Shown here: piece after piece, positions 63,407 through 64,000 of the stretch | Layout: each line of letters starts with the position of its first letter | How positions within the stretch are numbered: position 1 is the stretch's first letter | Virus record (IMG/VR): IMGVR_UViG_3300048892_000198 | Span: 32,001 to 96,000 of that record | Source of the DNA: a virus | DNA: 64,000 nt | Direction: 5' to 3' (one strand) | Position numbers and translations under genes: made by a program | Notes under the pieces: generated by a model | Told to the model about the DNA's origin: nothing | Databases searched by the model: none | Seen by the model: only the letters and a program-made list of their open reading frames with translations

Positions 63407-64000
63407 ATGGACACAAGCAGCGTTGCCAGCCGAAATATCGGAGCGGTGGCCACCCTCCTCGGTGGAGTCAACTCCCTCGAAAATGTCGGCACGCAGACGC
63501 TCGACGACGGCTGCTTCGCCTACGTGCAGTCCGAGCTCATCCACTACGAGCTCCACAAGGAGTCGACCGCACCGAGTAACCCACCCTTCGTGATCGTGCC
63601 GATTTGCGGCGTCGGTCGCTGGGTGCCGGCGACGGGCGGCGGCGGATCGCAGGGCTTCCAGGGTGCGCAGGGTCGCCAGGGCGCCCAAGGATCGCAAGGC
63701 GCGGGCGCGCAAGGCGCAACGGGTACGCAGGGCAGTCAAGGACCCCAAGGTAACCAGGGCGCGCAGGGTTTCCAGGGCGGCGGCTTTCAGGGCGCGCAGG
63801 GTGGCACCGGCGCTCAAGGTCCGAGCGGCGGCGCGCAGGGCGCCCAGGGCGCGACGGGCCAGCAGGGCTTTCAGGGATCGAGCGGCGGCGCGCAGGGTGC
63901 CCAAGGCACGACGGGCCAGCAGGGCGCCCAAGGAGCGCAGGGCAATCAGGGCAGCGGCGCTCAAGGCGCCCAAGGCGCGCAGGGCTCCGGCACGCAGGGC
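63407..64000 (+). CDS. Third collagen-like fibre paralog (runs off the right edge; not in ORF track)
   Basis: [43 protein letters not shown]...GRWVPAT followed by GSQGFQGAQ repeats. Confidence 0.9.
   Translation, partial: MDTSSVASRNIGAVATLLGGVNSLENVGTQTLDDGCFAYVQSELIHYELHKESTAPSNPPFVIVPICGVGRWVPATGGGGSQGFQGAQGRQGAQGSQGAGAQGATGTQGSQGPQGNQGAQGFQGGGFQGAQGGTGAQGPSGGAQGAQGATGQQGFQGSSGGAQGAQGTTGQQGAQGAQGNQGSGAQGAQGAQGSGTQG

Overview
The whole window reads as part of one large (>64 kb) GC-rich bacterial virus or provirus genome. No host housekeeping genes, rRNA, tRNA or CRISPR array were seen. A Myxococcota-like host is only an inference from GC content and a LuxR-type HTH. Layout: (1) 1-11.1 kb, minus strand: a tightly coupled operon headed by a transglutaminase-like Cys enzyme. 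It is mostly small proteins with a C-terminal TM anchor and basic tail, many carrying a G-[LMYF]-G-[DAS] motif and two carrying peptidoglycan-binding domains. (2) 11-43 kb, minus strand: a large coiled-coil protein, a pseudo-RuvC, a FliA/WhiG-like sigma factor fused to HTH domains, a lipoprotein/papain-protease/lipoprotein cassette, and replication and nucleotide genes (Rep initiator, degenerate DnaC, DnaB, DnaA-CTD protein, beta clamp, ThyX, MazG-like, P-loop kinase, DUF1643, R2K ATP-grasp), plus many small accessory ORFs. (3) 43-50 kb, plus strand: accessory ORFs (SLOG, LemA-like pair, lysozyme-like). (4) 50-64 kb: structural, fibre and glycosylation region (zincin, GT2-methyltransferase, GNAT, three collagen-like fibres with a shared N-terminal adaptor, two tip proteins with an identical C-terminal FFGAGTTS tag, DUF616, 2OG-Fe(II) oxygenase). 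No terminase, portal, tail tube/sheath, major capsid protein or packaging ATPase was recognised. Two recurrent promoter classes were found by eye: TTGnnn-N18-TAnnnT and GGGAAG-N17-CGTA. The most promising undescribed systems are the GLG-motif/protease maturation code and the modular fibre/tip docking system. All family calls come from motif recognition, not from database searches. Many start codons were moved from the ORF track to fit translational coupling.
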